Positions 8,953 through 18,067 of a stretch of 64,000 nucleotides of DNA are shown in pieces. The position numbers and the translations under genes were made by a program. The notes below the pieces were generated by a model. The model had not been told where the DNA came from. It did not search any database and was given only the letters and a program-made list of their open reading frames with translations. The first letter of the stretch is position 1; each line of letters opens with the position of its first letter. Source of the DNA: a virus (lineage: Duplodnaviria > Caudoviricetes); IMG/VR virus record IMGVR_UViG_3300023218_000003, positions 10,592 through 74,591 of that record. The stretch is one strand, 5' to 3'.

Positions 8953-9501
8953 TCACTTGCGCGAGAAGACAAGACCGCGCGCACGAATGAATTCACGCTT
9001 CATCGTCGAAGCGCCGCGCAGTCGCATCGTCAGTGCTTGATCAAGTGCGAAGCCGAAGTTCGCGAACAGTTCGATCCAGTATGTCGACGGCTGACAGTTC
9101 ACGTGATGATGACCGCGCTTTTTCGGCGGCGCTGCACTGATCACAAGATACTGCGGCGTCACGACAGTCATCAGACTGATCACGTTCGGCAAGAACTTCG
9201 CTTCGACGTGTTCCAAGAATTCGACGGACCACACGAAGTCGAAGTGTCGAAAGATCACATCGTCAGTGCAGACGCCTTTCGTGAAGTCGTGCAGAACGTC
9301 GGGCTTGCAGTTCACGTCACCGTCGACGCCGACTGCATCGATCTTCAGTTCGCGTGCAAGACGAACCTGACCGCCGGGGTCGCACCCGACATCGATCATC
9401 GACTTGCAGTTCAGATCGTCGCGCATGAATTCAAGCGCACCTTGATCTGTGTGCGTGATGTTCTGATGACCGCCAAGATGTTTCGGTGTATCTTTCGCCA
9501 T
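8953..9501 (-). CDS. class I SAM-dependent methyltransferase
   Basis: HLGGH, MIDVGCDPGG (motif I with G>D), VGVDGD, WSVEFLEHV, GHHHVNCQ. Confidence 0.8.
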   Translation of the reverse strand: MAKDTPKHLGGHQNITHTDQGALEFMRDDLNCKSMIDVGCDPGGQVRLARELKIDAVGVDGDVNCKPDVLHDFTKGVCTDDVIFRHFDFVWSVEFLEHVEAKFLPNVISLMTVVTPQYLVISAAPPKKRGHHHVNCQPSTYWIELFANFGFALDQALTMRLRGASTMKREFIRARGLVFSRK

Positions 9502-9503
9502 TC

Positions 9504-10406
9504 ATGAAGTTCGCATTCACATTCGATCACGGCAAGCACTACACTGAAGCACTGAAGCACGGCATCGCGCGTCGCGGCGACAGTCACGCAGTCATCACAT
9601 GGACTGATCATTTCGATCTGTTCGACGAATTCGATGTCGTCGTGTTCAACGGCATGAACCCGAAGCATGATGAACTTCGACGCGTGCTGACGATTCAGCA
9701 CAAGCCGTTCATCGTCGTCGATCTTGGCTACATGAAGCGCGGCAGCGGCGCAGCAGACACACGACGCGATCGATACTATCAAGTCGGCTGGAATCGCATC
9801 GGCTACGTGCCGCCGAAGTATCGCGAGAATGACAGAAGCAGATTCGATTCGCTTGATCTAAACGTCGTCGACGATCGTGATCTTCCGACAGGCGACGTGT
9901 TGATCATCGGGCAAGTTCAGAAAGACACACAGCACAACATGTCGCACGTTGAACTGAATCACGCCTACATCGACGCAGCGTTCAGAATGTTTCGAAGAAT
10001 GCCGAAGTCGAAGATCATCATGCGTCGTCACCCGCGCGCACCGCAGCGATTCGACATGCCTGACTTCGTCGAAGATCAAAGCGGCACAGAAGTCAGACTG
10101 ATCGACGCGCTGCTTGATGCGCGCTGCATCGTCACGATCAATTCGACGACGTTCTACGAAGCAACGCTTGCGGGCGTGCCCGTCATCAGCGGCGATGAAT
10201 CGATCTGTCACTACGCAAGCGAGACGACGAAGCTGTTCGAAGAAGAACTGAAGCTGCGCACAGCAGAACAGAAGCTGCCGTTCTTGCGTCGCATGGCACA
10301 CGCACAGTTCACAGTCGACGAAATGGCTGACGGCACTGCGATCGACTCGCTTCTTCAAGACTACGACGCAGCAGTCGCAGATCGTGTCGTCGCACATCGT
10401 CGTTGA
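9504..10406 (+). CDS. capsule polysaccharide synthesis-type glycosyltransferase (KpsS/KpsC-like GT-B)
   Basis: VVDLGYM, VLIIGQVQKD, IIMRRHP, IVTINSTTFYEATLAGVPV. Confidence 0.75.
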   Translation: MKFAFTFDHGKHYTEALKHGIARRGDSHAVITWTDHFDLFDEFDVVVFNGMNPKHDELRRVLTIQHKPFIVVDLGYMKRGSGAADTRRDRYYQVGWNRIGYVPPKYRENDRSRFDSLDLNVVDDRDLPTGDVLIIGQVQKDTQHNMSHVELNHAYIDAAFRMFRRMPKSKIIMRRHPRAPQRFDMPDFVEDQSGTEVRLIDALLDARCIVTINSTTFYEATLAGVPVISGDESICHYASETTKLFEEELKLRTAEQKLPFLRRMAHAQFTVDEMADGTAIDSLLQDYDAAVADRVVAHRR

Positions 10407-10457
10407 CGACGAAACAAAGAAGCGCGAACTTTCATTTCACATCAACAACAGCGAAGC

Positions 10458-10793
10458 ATGAGAATCAAATACAGCGAAGAAGTGTGCGCAGCACTCCCCG
10501 ACGAAATCTGCAAGTCACTGGGAATCGAAACGCGATGGCACGAACGCAGCGGCGACTTCGATGCCGTCGAACAGAAAGTCAGCGCAGATGATGCGCAGAA
10601 GCTGATCGCATCTGCTGACGCTGCTGTGACGTTCGACACGATCAACGCTGCTGCGTCGTTTCATCCGAATCGCGGTGAATGGGAGAAAGACGACGTCGAT
10701 CGACCGCAAGCTGACACGTCGAAGCTGCTGACGTCGTGCGGTGACGCAGACGATGCGAAGCAGAAGCGAAGATCACGCACGCTGACGCTGTGA
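10458..10793 (+). CDS. hypothetical protein
   Basis: ORF with typical codon usage. Confidence 0.5.
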   Translation: MRIKYSEEVCAALPDEICKSLGIETRWHERSGDFDAVEQKVSADDAQKLIASADAAVTFDTINAAASFHPNRGEWEKDDVDRPQADTSKLLTSCGDADDAKQKRRSRTLTL

Positions 10794-10799
10794 TCAGCG

Positions 10800-10865
10800 T
10801 TGAAAATTTTTTCAAAAATCGTCCGATTTGTTCTTGCGCAGAACAAGAAACTGCTGTTTTATAGT
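10800..10865 (+). promoter_or_regulatory. operator palindrome + early promoter module
   Basis: TTGAAAATTTTTTCAA then TTGCGC-AGAA-CAAGAA-ACTGC-TGTTTTATAGT. Confidence 0.75.
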
Positions 10866-10907
10866 GACGCAGCGCAGCAAGCGCATCACATCAAACATCA
10901 TCACATC

Positions 10908-11777
10908 ATGAACGATCCCAAAGAAATCCGCCAGCAACTGAAAGCAGAACTTGGCTTCAACGCCCGCCAAGTCAGTCTTCGCGCAGAACGTCACGGCACG
11001 CTGACGTTCACGATTCGCGACACGAACGTCAGCTTCGACGACGTGCTGGACATTCGCGAATTCGCTTCGAAGTTCGAACGCATTCATCGCTGCGAAATCA
11101 CGCACGAAATTCTGTCGGGCGGCAACACTTTCGTCTACGTGCGCATGACTGACGAAGTCGAAGATGCACTGACTGCTGATCTTCGCCCGCTGATCGCTGC
11201 TGCGCTTCGCAACAAAGAAGTCGAAGATCACGGCACGAAGATCGACGGCGTTGCTGACTGCTTCATGTGGCGCACCGATCACTACACTTGCAGCGTCAGC
11301 GTCGACGGCGCGACTGGCTTCGGTTGTCAGTGCTACTGCGACATCAACAACGAAGCGAACTTCAACAGCGCTGTGAAGTCGATGGCACTTGACGTGCTTG
11401 AACAGCGCGCACGCATCGAAGCTGACGAACTGCTTCGCATGAAGCATGAAGCTGAAGACGCGAAGCGCGCTGAAGAAGTCGCTGCGATTCAGCAGAACGA
11501 CGATGACGACAGCAACGTCGTCGAACACGACTTCACTGCTGCTGACAAAGAAGCAGACGTCGAACAGCTTCTGCGCGATCAGATCGCGAAAGACGCTGCG
11601 AACGGTGCGCCCGCTGACGTGATCGCTGATCACGCTGAAAAGCTTCGCGCGATCGTCGAAGCGAAAGCTGAAATCGAAATCGCACGTCAAGAAGCAGAGA
11701 AAGCACAGCAGAAGCTGAACGCGCTGACTGACTCGCTTCAGAAGTTCGAACAAGACGTGATCGAATTCCGCGCATAA
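10908..11777 (+). CDS. early protein; N-terminus possibly LPD29-like, C-terminal coiled coil
   Basis: Follows operator+promoter module; RCEITHEILSGGNTFV segment recalled from phage polyvalent-protein domains (tentative). Confidence 0.55.
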   Translation: MNDPKEIRQQLKAELGFNARQVSLRAERHGTLTFTIRDTNVSFDDVLDIREFASKFERIHRCEITHEILSGGNTFVYVRMTDEVEDALTADLRPLIAAALRNKEVEDHGTKIDGVADCFMWRTDHYTCSVSVDGATGFGCQCYCDINNEANFNSAVKSMALDVLEQRARIEADELLRMKHEAEDAKRAEEVAAIQQNDDDDSNVVEHDFTAADKEADVEQLLRDQIAKDAANGAPADVIADHAEKLRAIVEAKAEIEIARQEAEKAQQKLNALTDSLQKFEQDVIEFRA

Positions 11778-11841
11778 GAATCAACACAGCGCGCGCAGAA
11801 CGAACACTGCGCGCGCTTTCAACATCGAACATCACATCATC

Positions 11842-12333
11842 ATGAAACTGAAAAGACTGAACGACAGCAGCGACGTGCTGCAAGGCGCGACGAACTGCGT
11901 CGAATATCTGAACAAGAAGATCGAAACGTCGCACGCGTGCGGCAAGCGCATCTTCAAAGCGAAGCACAAGCGCGACATCGCGCAGACTGCTGAACAGCTT
12001 CGACTGTTCGCGACACAGCTTGAAGCAGCGATCGAAACTGCGACTGACGTCGAAGACGAAGAACGCTTCACGCGTGCGCAGATCAAGCTTGCGGTCGATC
12101 TGCTGAAGCACGTCATGCACAACGGCGAAATGTGCGTTGTCGGCACGTCTGCGAAGACGCATCACTGGAAAGATCGCGCTGGCGGTCTTCACACGATTCT
12201 GGTTCACAGCAACGTCGCAACCGTGAAGTCGCTTGACTGTCTTCATCGCAGACGCATCAAAGACGGCTTCGCTTGCTACGTCACGAACATCGACAAGCTG
12301 ACGCGCATCGCGAACGCGTTGCCGAAGAACTGA
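11842..12333 (+). CDS. hypothetical protein
   Basis: ORF with ACATC leader. Confidence 0.6.
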   Translation: MKLKRLNDSSDVLQGATNCVEYLNKKIETSHACGKRIFKAKHKRDIAQTAEQLRLFATQLEAAIETATDVEDEERFTRAQIKLAVDLLKHVMHNGEMCVVGTSAKTHHWKDRAGGLHTILVHSNVATVKSLDCLHRRRIKDGFACYVTNIDKLTRIANALPKN

Positions 12334-12358
12334 ACATCAATACACACGCATCATCATC

Positions 12359-12622
12359 ATGACACTTCCCATGCATCTTCTTCTGACGTCGTCTGATCTT
12401 GGCGACATCTGCAAGTTCACTGTCTCGCGAAAGGGCAGACTCGGCAGACCGCAGTATCTGATTCCCGCTGATCAGCTTGGCGACGAACAGTGGAAGGAAA
12501 TTCACAACATGCGCGCGTATCTTGGCAAGCGTGCGCACGAATGTCGCGCTGAAGTCGGCTTCGATCTTGGCGAAACGCTGACAGAAGAAAGCGGATTCTA
12601 CAGCGTGAAGCGCGAACACTGA
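12359..12622 (+). CDS. hypothetical protein
   Basis: ORF with CATCAT leader. Confidence 0.55.
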   Translation: MTLPMHLLLTSSDLGDICKFTVSRKGRLGRPQYLIPADQLGDEQWKEIHNMRAYLGKRAHECRAEVGFDLGETLTEESGFYSVKREH

Positions 12623-12632
12623 ACTGATCACG

Positions 12633-12648
12633 TTGAAACAATTTTCAA
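12633..12648. promoter_or_regulatory. operator-like palindrome
   Basis: TTGAAACAATTTTCAA. Confidence 0.75.
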
Positions 12649-12651
12649 ATC

Positions 12652-13041
12652 ATGAACAACGACACATCACACGAAGCGATCGAACTGCGCGACGAAGTCA
12701 GTCGCGTGATCGAACACGCTGAATTCGAAACTGACATTGAAGACGCGAAGCACGCGCTTCACGAACTGACGAAGCGCGCAGGCAATCCGATGCAAGTGCG
12801 CACAACAGGCAACTTCACGAACGTCGATCGCGACAGCGTCGCACACGTCTGCGGGATGCTTGAAGAACTTGATGAACTTCGTGATCACGCAGCGACGCTT
12901 GAAGTGCGACACGCTGACATCGTGCGCTTCATCGAAATCATGGACGGCACACTTGTCGAAGGTGGAGATCGTCAGATGTCGTGGCGCAGCTTGTCACAGA
13001 CTCTGCGCGACATGCTGCACGGAAAATCGACCGAAGACTGA
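12652..13041 (+). CDS. hypothetical protein
   Basis: ORF directly after palindrome at 12633. Confidence 0.6.
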   Translation: MNNDTSHEAIELRDEVSRVIEHAEFETDIEDAKHALHELTKRAGNPMQVRTTGNFTNVDRDSVAHVCGMLEELDELRDHAATLEVRHADIVRFIEIMDGTLVEGGDRQMSWRSLSQTLRDMLHGKSTED

Positions 13042-13045
13042 AGAC

Positions 13046-13282
13046 ATGGCTGGATCATTCAATCACCTAGTCGGAGAAGACGAACGCTTCACTGTCGACA
13101 CGATCGACAATCTTGGCGACGCGATCGAAGCACTTGAAGAATGCTGGCAGATCATTCATCGACTGTCGTCAGGCGACGAACAGATGATCGCAGCTATCTG
13201 TGACGAACTGAACATCGTGAACCCGTGGGAAGTCACGCCCGACGAATCGTCGAAGCAGTCAATCAAAGCACTGAACGAATGA
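13046..13282 (+). CDS. hypothetical protein
   Basis: Acidic small ORF. Confidence 0.55.
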   Translation: MAGSFNHLVGEDERFTVDTIDNLGDAIEALEECWQIIHRLSSGDEQMIAAICDELNIVNPWEVTPDESSKQSIKALNE

Positions 13283-13650
13283 AACGAATCATGAACAACG
13301 AACTGAAAGCACAGCTTCAAGCAGTGCGCGCAGACATTCGCGCGCTTGAACTTCAACTGAAGGCGATCGAAGCGCAGAAAGCACAGCGCATCTTCATGAC
13401 AGCGTGTCAGCGAATGCGTGCGCGCAAAGCGTATCGCGACGCGATCAAGATCAGAAAGCATCGCATTGCTGCACTTCGCGGCAGAATCGACATGCTTGAA
13501 GAACAGATCGGCGGCGCAGTCATTCACGCATTCGAACAGGGTGCAGACTTCGGCGAGAAGAACGAAGCAGAGTATCGCGCGACAGGGAACCCGCTTGATT
13601 CGACAAGCACACGCGCGATCAAGCACGCACAGCAGATCGAAGGACTATGA
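13279..13650 (+). CDS. hypothetical coiled-coil protein
   Basis: ATGA overlaps at both ends. Confidence 0.6.
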   Translation: MKRIMNNELKAQLQAVRADIRALELQLKAIEAQKAQRIFMTACQRMRARKAYRDAIKIRKHRIAALRGRIDMLEEQIGGAVIHAFEQGADFGEKNEAEYRATGNPLDSTSTRAIKHAQQIEGL

Positions 13651-13976
13651 ACACAGAAGCAATCATCATCGTGTCAGCAGTGCTGACGTTCGCAACGCTG
13701 TTGCTGATCGCTGTCATCGCGGTCGTCGACTATGTGCGACGCAGTCGAAGCGAAGCGAAGCGACGAATCCCGAAAGCGGGCGAAACGTGGATCAGTGGCG
13801 ACGAAGACGGTTCGCCGTGGTATGTGTCGCCGCAGCGACAGTGGACAGTCACAGTGATCGACGTGCGTGACGACTGGGTTCGCTACAAGTTCGACGGCAA
13901 GAACTGCTTGTTTCAAGATGAACGTCTGCCGATCGATCGCTTCTTGTCAGTTTACAAGCTGAAGACTGTCGACTAG
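13647..13976 (+). CDS. membrane-anchored hypothetical protein
   Basis: N-terminal TM helix; TAG stop. Confidence 0.6.
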   Translation: MNTEAIIIVSAVLTFATLLLIAVIAVVDYVRRSRSEAKRRIPKAGETWISGDEDGSPWYVSPQRQWTVTVIDVRDDWVRYKFDGKNCLFQDERLPIDRFLSVYKLKTVD

Positions 13977-13985
13977 ATTTCAATC

Positions 13986-14066
13986 TGATGTGATGCGACG
14001 GGGGTGATGTCCCGTCAAACACGAAGCGCGTCGTCTCCATCATCGGGGGCGGCGCGTTTCACTTTT
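13986..14066 (+). other. double-hairpin element copy 1 (probable terminator/structured RNA)
   Basis: TGATGTGAT, GACGGGG-GTGATG-TCCCGTC hairpin, second hairpin plus T tract; second copy at 32456. Confidence 0.5.
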
Positions 14067-14229
14067 CAGCACTGCACACAGAATCTGCACACAGCGCGCG
14101 AAAACGATCAGCAGTGTGATCACGCGTCGATCCCCGTCACAACGCAGCAGGCGACGGCAGGCACGCAGCCAGCACGCTGCACACGAACAGTGGACATCTT
14201 CAGCGTGATCGATTATCGTGCTGACCGCT

Positions 14230-14904
14230 ATGGCAACGACGCAATCGAAGAAGCGATCACGCAGCGTGTCGATCGAAACTGAAGACGCAGATGACAGCAA
14301 GAAGATCGCTGCGCTTCGCGTAGAACGACGCAAGCTGCGAACGCTGAAGGCGCACTCGAAGAATCCGCGCAAGCATCCGAAGAAAGGCAGTGACGAATGG
14401 GAAGCGCTGCGCGTTTCACTCGCTGACCAATACTTCGACCCGATCGTGTTCAACGAACGCAACGGAATGCTGATCAGCGGTCATCTTCGAAAGAAGATTC
14501 TGATCGATGACGGCTTCGTCGAAGCTGACTGCGTAATCGTCGACTGCGATGAAGAAACGCCCGTCGCATTTCTTGCATACGTCAGACAGCCGCATCAGCA
14601 CGCGAAGAACTTGATGCGCGGTCATCGCACAGTCGTCATGCCCGACTTTCAGGGAATGGGACTCGGCGTCAAACTGTCTGACTGGCTCGCGAATCATCTT
14701 GTGCAGAAAGGCTGGCGATACACTTCAGTCACGTCGCACTCTGCGATGATTCACTATCGTCTGAAGTCGCCCGACTGGAAGTGCATTCGTCGCGCGTCGC
14801 ACGTAGCGAAAGGATCGAAGAACGCGAAGATTCACGCAGCAGCAGGTTCGCAACAGCGCTTGACGTATTCGTTCGAATACATCGGCAAGAAGAACAAGTC
14901 ATGA
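14230..14904 (+). CDS. ParB/Srx-like domain fused to GNAT (Mom-like) acetyltransferase domain
   Basis: N-term KNPRKH..DPIVFNERNGMLISGHLR (ParB-like); C-term HRTVVMPDFQGMGLG (GNAT acetyl-CoA loop). Confidence 0.7.
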   Translation: MATTQSKKRSRSVSIETEDADDSKKIAALRVERRKLRTLKAHSKNPRKHPKKGSDEWEALRVSLADQYFDPIVFNERNGMLISGHLRKKILIDDGFVEADCVIVDCDEETPVAFLAYVRQPHQHAKNLMRGHRTVVMPDFQGMGLGVKLSDWLANHLVQKGWRYTSVTSHSAMIHYRLKSPDWKCIRRASHVAKGSKNAKIHAAAGSQQRLTYSFEYIGKKNKS

Positions 14905-15419
14905 AGGGAAGAAAGATACTGCTGACAGGCAAGCGCGGCAAAGACGCGCGCAAAGCACAGCGCGAAGCTGAACAAGAAGAACGCAGTCGTCTTCAGAAGC
15001 AGAATGCGTTCTTGAAGCAGCTTCTTGAATCGCGCGGCATGATCGCACTTGCAGCGAAGCGCGCGAAAGTGCCGCGACGCACTGTCTATTACTGGCTGGA
15101 ACATCACGATCGCTTCCGCGAGAAATACGAAGACACGATCGAAGAAGTGAAAGACATGATCGAACTGAAAGGCATCGCTGCGCAAGCTGACAAAGGCAAT
15201 CACAGCGCTGCTTCGAAGTGGCTCGCTTCACGCGCACCCGAACGTGGCTACGGTCGCGACAGACTTGAACTGACAGGCGCAGACGGCGGGCCGATTGAAG
15301 TCAAGTCGCCGACGCTTGAAGAAGTCGCAGAGAAGTGCGACCCGACACAGCTTGCGACGATGCTTGCACGTGTGCTGAAAAGCGACGACAGTTCTTCTGA
15401 CGAAGAAGAACAAGAATGA
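14901..15419 (+). CDS. terS: terminase small subunit
   Basis: HTH AAKRAKVPRRTVYYW; RGYG..RLELTGADGGPI; upstream of TerL. Confidence 0.8.
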   Translation: MKGRKILLTGKRGKDARKAQREAEQEERSRLQKQNAFLKQLLESRGMIALAAKRAKVPRRTVYYWLEHHDRFREKYEDTIEEVKDMIELKGIAAQADKGNHSAASKWLASRAPERGYGRDRLELTGADGGPIEVKSPTLEEVAEKCDPTQLATMLARVLKSDDSSSDEEEQE

Positions 15420-15634
15420 ACACATCGACTTTCACGATCTTGCGCATCAGTCGCGCGTCGTTCGAAGACATCAAGAAGCGCATCAAAGATGTCGACGACT
15501 CGCTTCAAGCGATCGGCGTGCCGAAGTCAGCGCACGGCTACGCTGACGAATACATCTTGAACGAAGACACTGACAGCGAATTGATTCGATTCACGAACAG
15601 TGAAGTCGCGCTGAAGCCTGACGACGTAGACTGA
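15416..15634 (+). CDS. hypothetical protein
   Basis: ATGA overlap with terS. Confidence 0.55.
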   Translation: MNTSTFTILRISRASFEDIKKRIKDVDDSLQAIGVPKSAHGYADEYILNEDTDSELIRFTNSEVALKPDDVD

Positions 15635-15822
15635 TGAATGTAGACATCGATCTTGTCGACGTGTGGGAACGACACTTGAATGCGCACCCGTCGAATGTGC
15701 TGCACGTGTCGAAAGAAGAAATCAGTCGTCAGCTTGACGCACGCATCAAGCGCGCTGAAGACGAAGTGAAGCGACTGAAGAATCTGAAAGAAGAAGCGAT
15801 GCTTCGAAGCGTCGTCGATTGA
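15634..15822 (+). CDS. hypothetical protein
   Basis: TGATG overlap. Confidence 0.5.
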   Translation: MNVDIDLVDVWERHLNAHPSNVLHVSKEEISRQLDARIKRAEDEVKRLKNLKEEAMLRSVVD

Positions 15823-15834
15823 AAATTTTTTCAA
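15819..15834. promoter_or_regulatory. operator-like palindrome
   Basis: TTGAAAATTTTTTCAA. Confidence 0.75.
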
Positions 15835-15855
15835 CAACAACAACACAGCGAAGAA

Positions 15856-16233
15856 ATGACAGAAGAATACGATCTGAACTACAGAATCGAAGAAGCAGCA
15901 TCAGTCGCTGACGGCACTGAAGCAGAAGTCTTCTTCACGCAAGTCGCGACGTTCATGAAACAGTTCGCAGACAACGGCGGCTTCACACATCGCTTCGAAC
16001 GCGAAGCAGAAGTCGTGAAGCATCATTCTGCGCCAGTGTAGCAGCAGACGCAACTTCACTTTGTCGGCATCGGTCTGCCGCAAGGCGACGTGATCATCAT
16101 GACGCGACACGGACATCCGATGCGCTTCTATTCTCGCGAAGCAGTCGTCGGCTACATCGAAGCGAACGCTGATCGAATGATTCATTCGGGCTTGTTTCAC
16201 GTCACGAACGGACACGCAACGCAGATCGTCTGA
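15856..16233 (+). CDS. hypothetical protein with in-frame TAG (16039-16041); candidate amber read-through
   Basis: 61 codons, TAG, then 63 more open codons in frame to TGA 16231-16233. Confidence 0.45.
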
Positions 16234-16343
16234 AAAAAGTTTCGACTACATAGTGCGCTGTAGTGCGCACGTGTGCGCTGTCTTCATCAGCGCGCAGATT
16301 TCGTCTGGACGAACTGTCATCGTCGACAGTATCTTGCCGCTGC

Positions 16344-17909
16344 ATGGACGACGACGAAATCGAAGAATTCTACGGCAGCGCGTTTCGCACACTTGTCGAG
16401 AAAGCGCGCAGAAACTATCTTGCGTTCTACTCGCTGTTCGCGTTGCGACCCGACAACCCGAAGATCGTCGGCGACTTTCAAGACGTCATCTGCAACAAAG
16501 TTCAGCGCGTGCTTGAACACGTCGACAGCAACAGACAGACGACGTCAGCGCCGCCGCAGCACGGCAAGTCTGACGCGATCGTGAAGACAGCAGTGCCGTG
16601 GGCGATGGGTCGATTCCCCGGCATTCAGATCGGTCTTGCTGCATGGGACTTCCCGCTTGTCGAAGAACTGTCGACAGAAGCGAAGTCGATCGCAATGCAT
16701 CCGTGGTATCGTCTCGTTTTCCCTGATCTTGAAATAGAACAGAACATCAATCGAATCGTGAACTGGAGCGTCACGAACGGCAGTCGAATGCGTTCAGTGT
16801 CGCGCGGTCGATCGCTTGTCGGTCGACGTGTCGACTGGTTCATCGGCGATGACTTGTATCCGAATCGTGAAGCAGTCGAACGAAAGACGATGCGTGCGAA
16901 AGTCAGAAAATGGTTCTTGTCCGACTGTCTTCAGCGACTGTCGCCGAACGCGATCGTCTGGCTTCTAGGCACGCGCTGGCATCCCGAAGACTTGTGCGGC
17001 TATCTGCACAGCGACGAATATGTGAAAGACGTCGAAGCGTCAGGTGAAGTCGCTGAACTGTATGAACACTTGAACTTCCCTGCGCTGTGCGACGATGAAG
17101 AAAACGATCCGCTTGGCAGAGAATTCGGCGAAGCGCTGTGTCCGATGATGGGACGTGACGAAAGCTTTTTGAAGGGCAAGCGCGCGTCGATGCCGTCATA
17201 CGAATGGAACAGCTTGTTTCAAGGTCGACCGCAGTCGCAGTCTGCTGATCAAGTCGATCTGTCACGTCTGAACTACATCGACGCTGATGAAGTGCCCGTT
17301 ACTGGGCTGACGTGGGCGCGCGGCTGGGACATAGCGACAACAGAAAAGTCGATGAACGATCCGTCAGCAGGCGCGAAGTGCGCATGGCACGCAGAGTCGA
17401 AATCGTTCTACATCTTCGACATGTTCAACAAGCGTCTTGCGTGGCCGAAGCTGAAGCGTCAGATCATTCGCATCGCGCTTCGTGATCGCGGCATCTGCGC
17501 TGACGATCTTGATGAAGATCAGCTTGATCGACTGCGTCACGTCGCGCGCATCAAGCCCGAAGACATGCTGACTGAAGATGAAGCATTCGAAGACAACGCT
17601 GTGCTTCAGATCGGTGTCGAGGGCGTCAGCGGCTTCGCAATCGGCTTCAGCGAAGTGCGCGACTGTCTGCGCGGCTTCTGTCGCGTGCGCAAGAAGAACC
17701 CGCCGAAGAACATCGACAAGCTGACGCGTGCGCTGCCGTGGATGAACTGGATCGACGACGGTCGCGTCTACATCGTGCGCGGCGCATGGAACAAAGATTT
17801 CGTCGATCAGCTTCAGTCGTTCCCTGACGGCGATCACGATGACATGGTCGACGCCGTTTCGATCGCGCGTGAAATGCTGACGAAGAAAGCGATCCCGAAA
17901 CACGCGTGA
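16344..17909 (+). CDS. terL: terminase large subunit
   Basis: Walker A SAPPQHGKS, Walker B FIGDD, GTRWH, GWDIA, FPDGDHDDMVDA nuclease motifs. Confidence 0.93.
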   Translation: MDDDEIEEFYGSAFRTLVEKARRNYLAFYSLFALRPDNPKIVGDFQDVICNKVQRVLEHVDSNRQTTSAPPQHGKSDAIVKTAVPWAMGRFPGIQIGLAAWDFPLVEELSTEAKSIAMHPWYRLVFPDLEIEQNINRIVNWSVTNGSRMRSVSRGRSLVGRRVDWFIGDDLYPNREAVERKTMRAKVRKWFLSDCLQRLSPNAIVWLLGTRWHPEDLCGYLHSDEYVKDVEASGEVAELYEHLNFPALCDDEENDPLGREFGEALCPMMGRDESFLKGKRASMPSYEWNSLFQGRPQSQSADQVDLSRLNYIDADEVPVTGLTWARGWDIATTEKSMNDPSAGAKCAWHAESKSFYIFDMFNKRLAWPKLKRQIIRIALRDRGICADDLDEDQLDRLRHVARIKPEDMLTEDEAFEDNAVLQIGVEGVSGFAIGFSEVRDCLRGFCRVRKKNPPKNIDKLTRALPWMNWIDDGRVYIVRGAWNKDFVDQLQSFPDGDHDDMVDAVSIAREMLTKKAIPKHA

Positions 17910-17927
17910 TCGCTTGTTCGTTTGTTC

Positions 17928-17951
17928 GTCAAATCGTGCGCACGATTTGAC
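17928..17951. repeat. perfect 24-bp palindrome
   Basis: GTCAAATCGTGC-GCACGATTTGAC with no spacer, directly after terL. Confidence 0.8.
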
Positions 17952-17986
17952 ATACCATTTTTATTTGACAACATGGGTTGAAGCCC

Positions 17987-18016
17987 TTGCGCATGAACAA
18001 AAATCTGCGATTATCT
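17987..18016 (+). promoter_or_regulatory. early promoter-like motif
   Basis: TTGCGC-ATGAA-CAAAAA-TCTGC-GATTAT. Confidence 0.55.
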
Positions 18017-18067
18017 AAACACAGCGCGAGAACAGCGCCGAACAAAAACATCAAACCACATCACATC

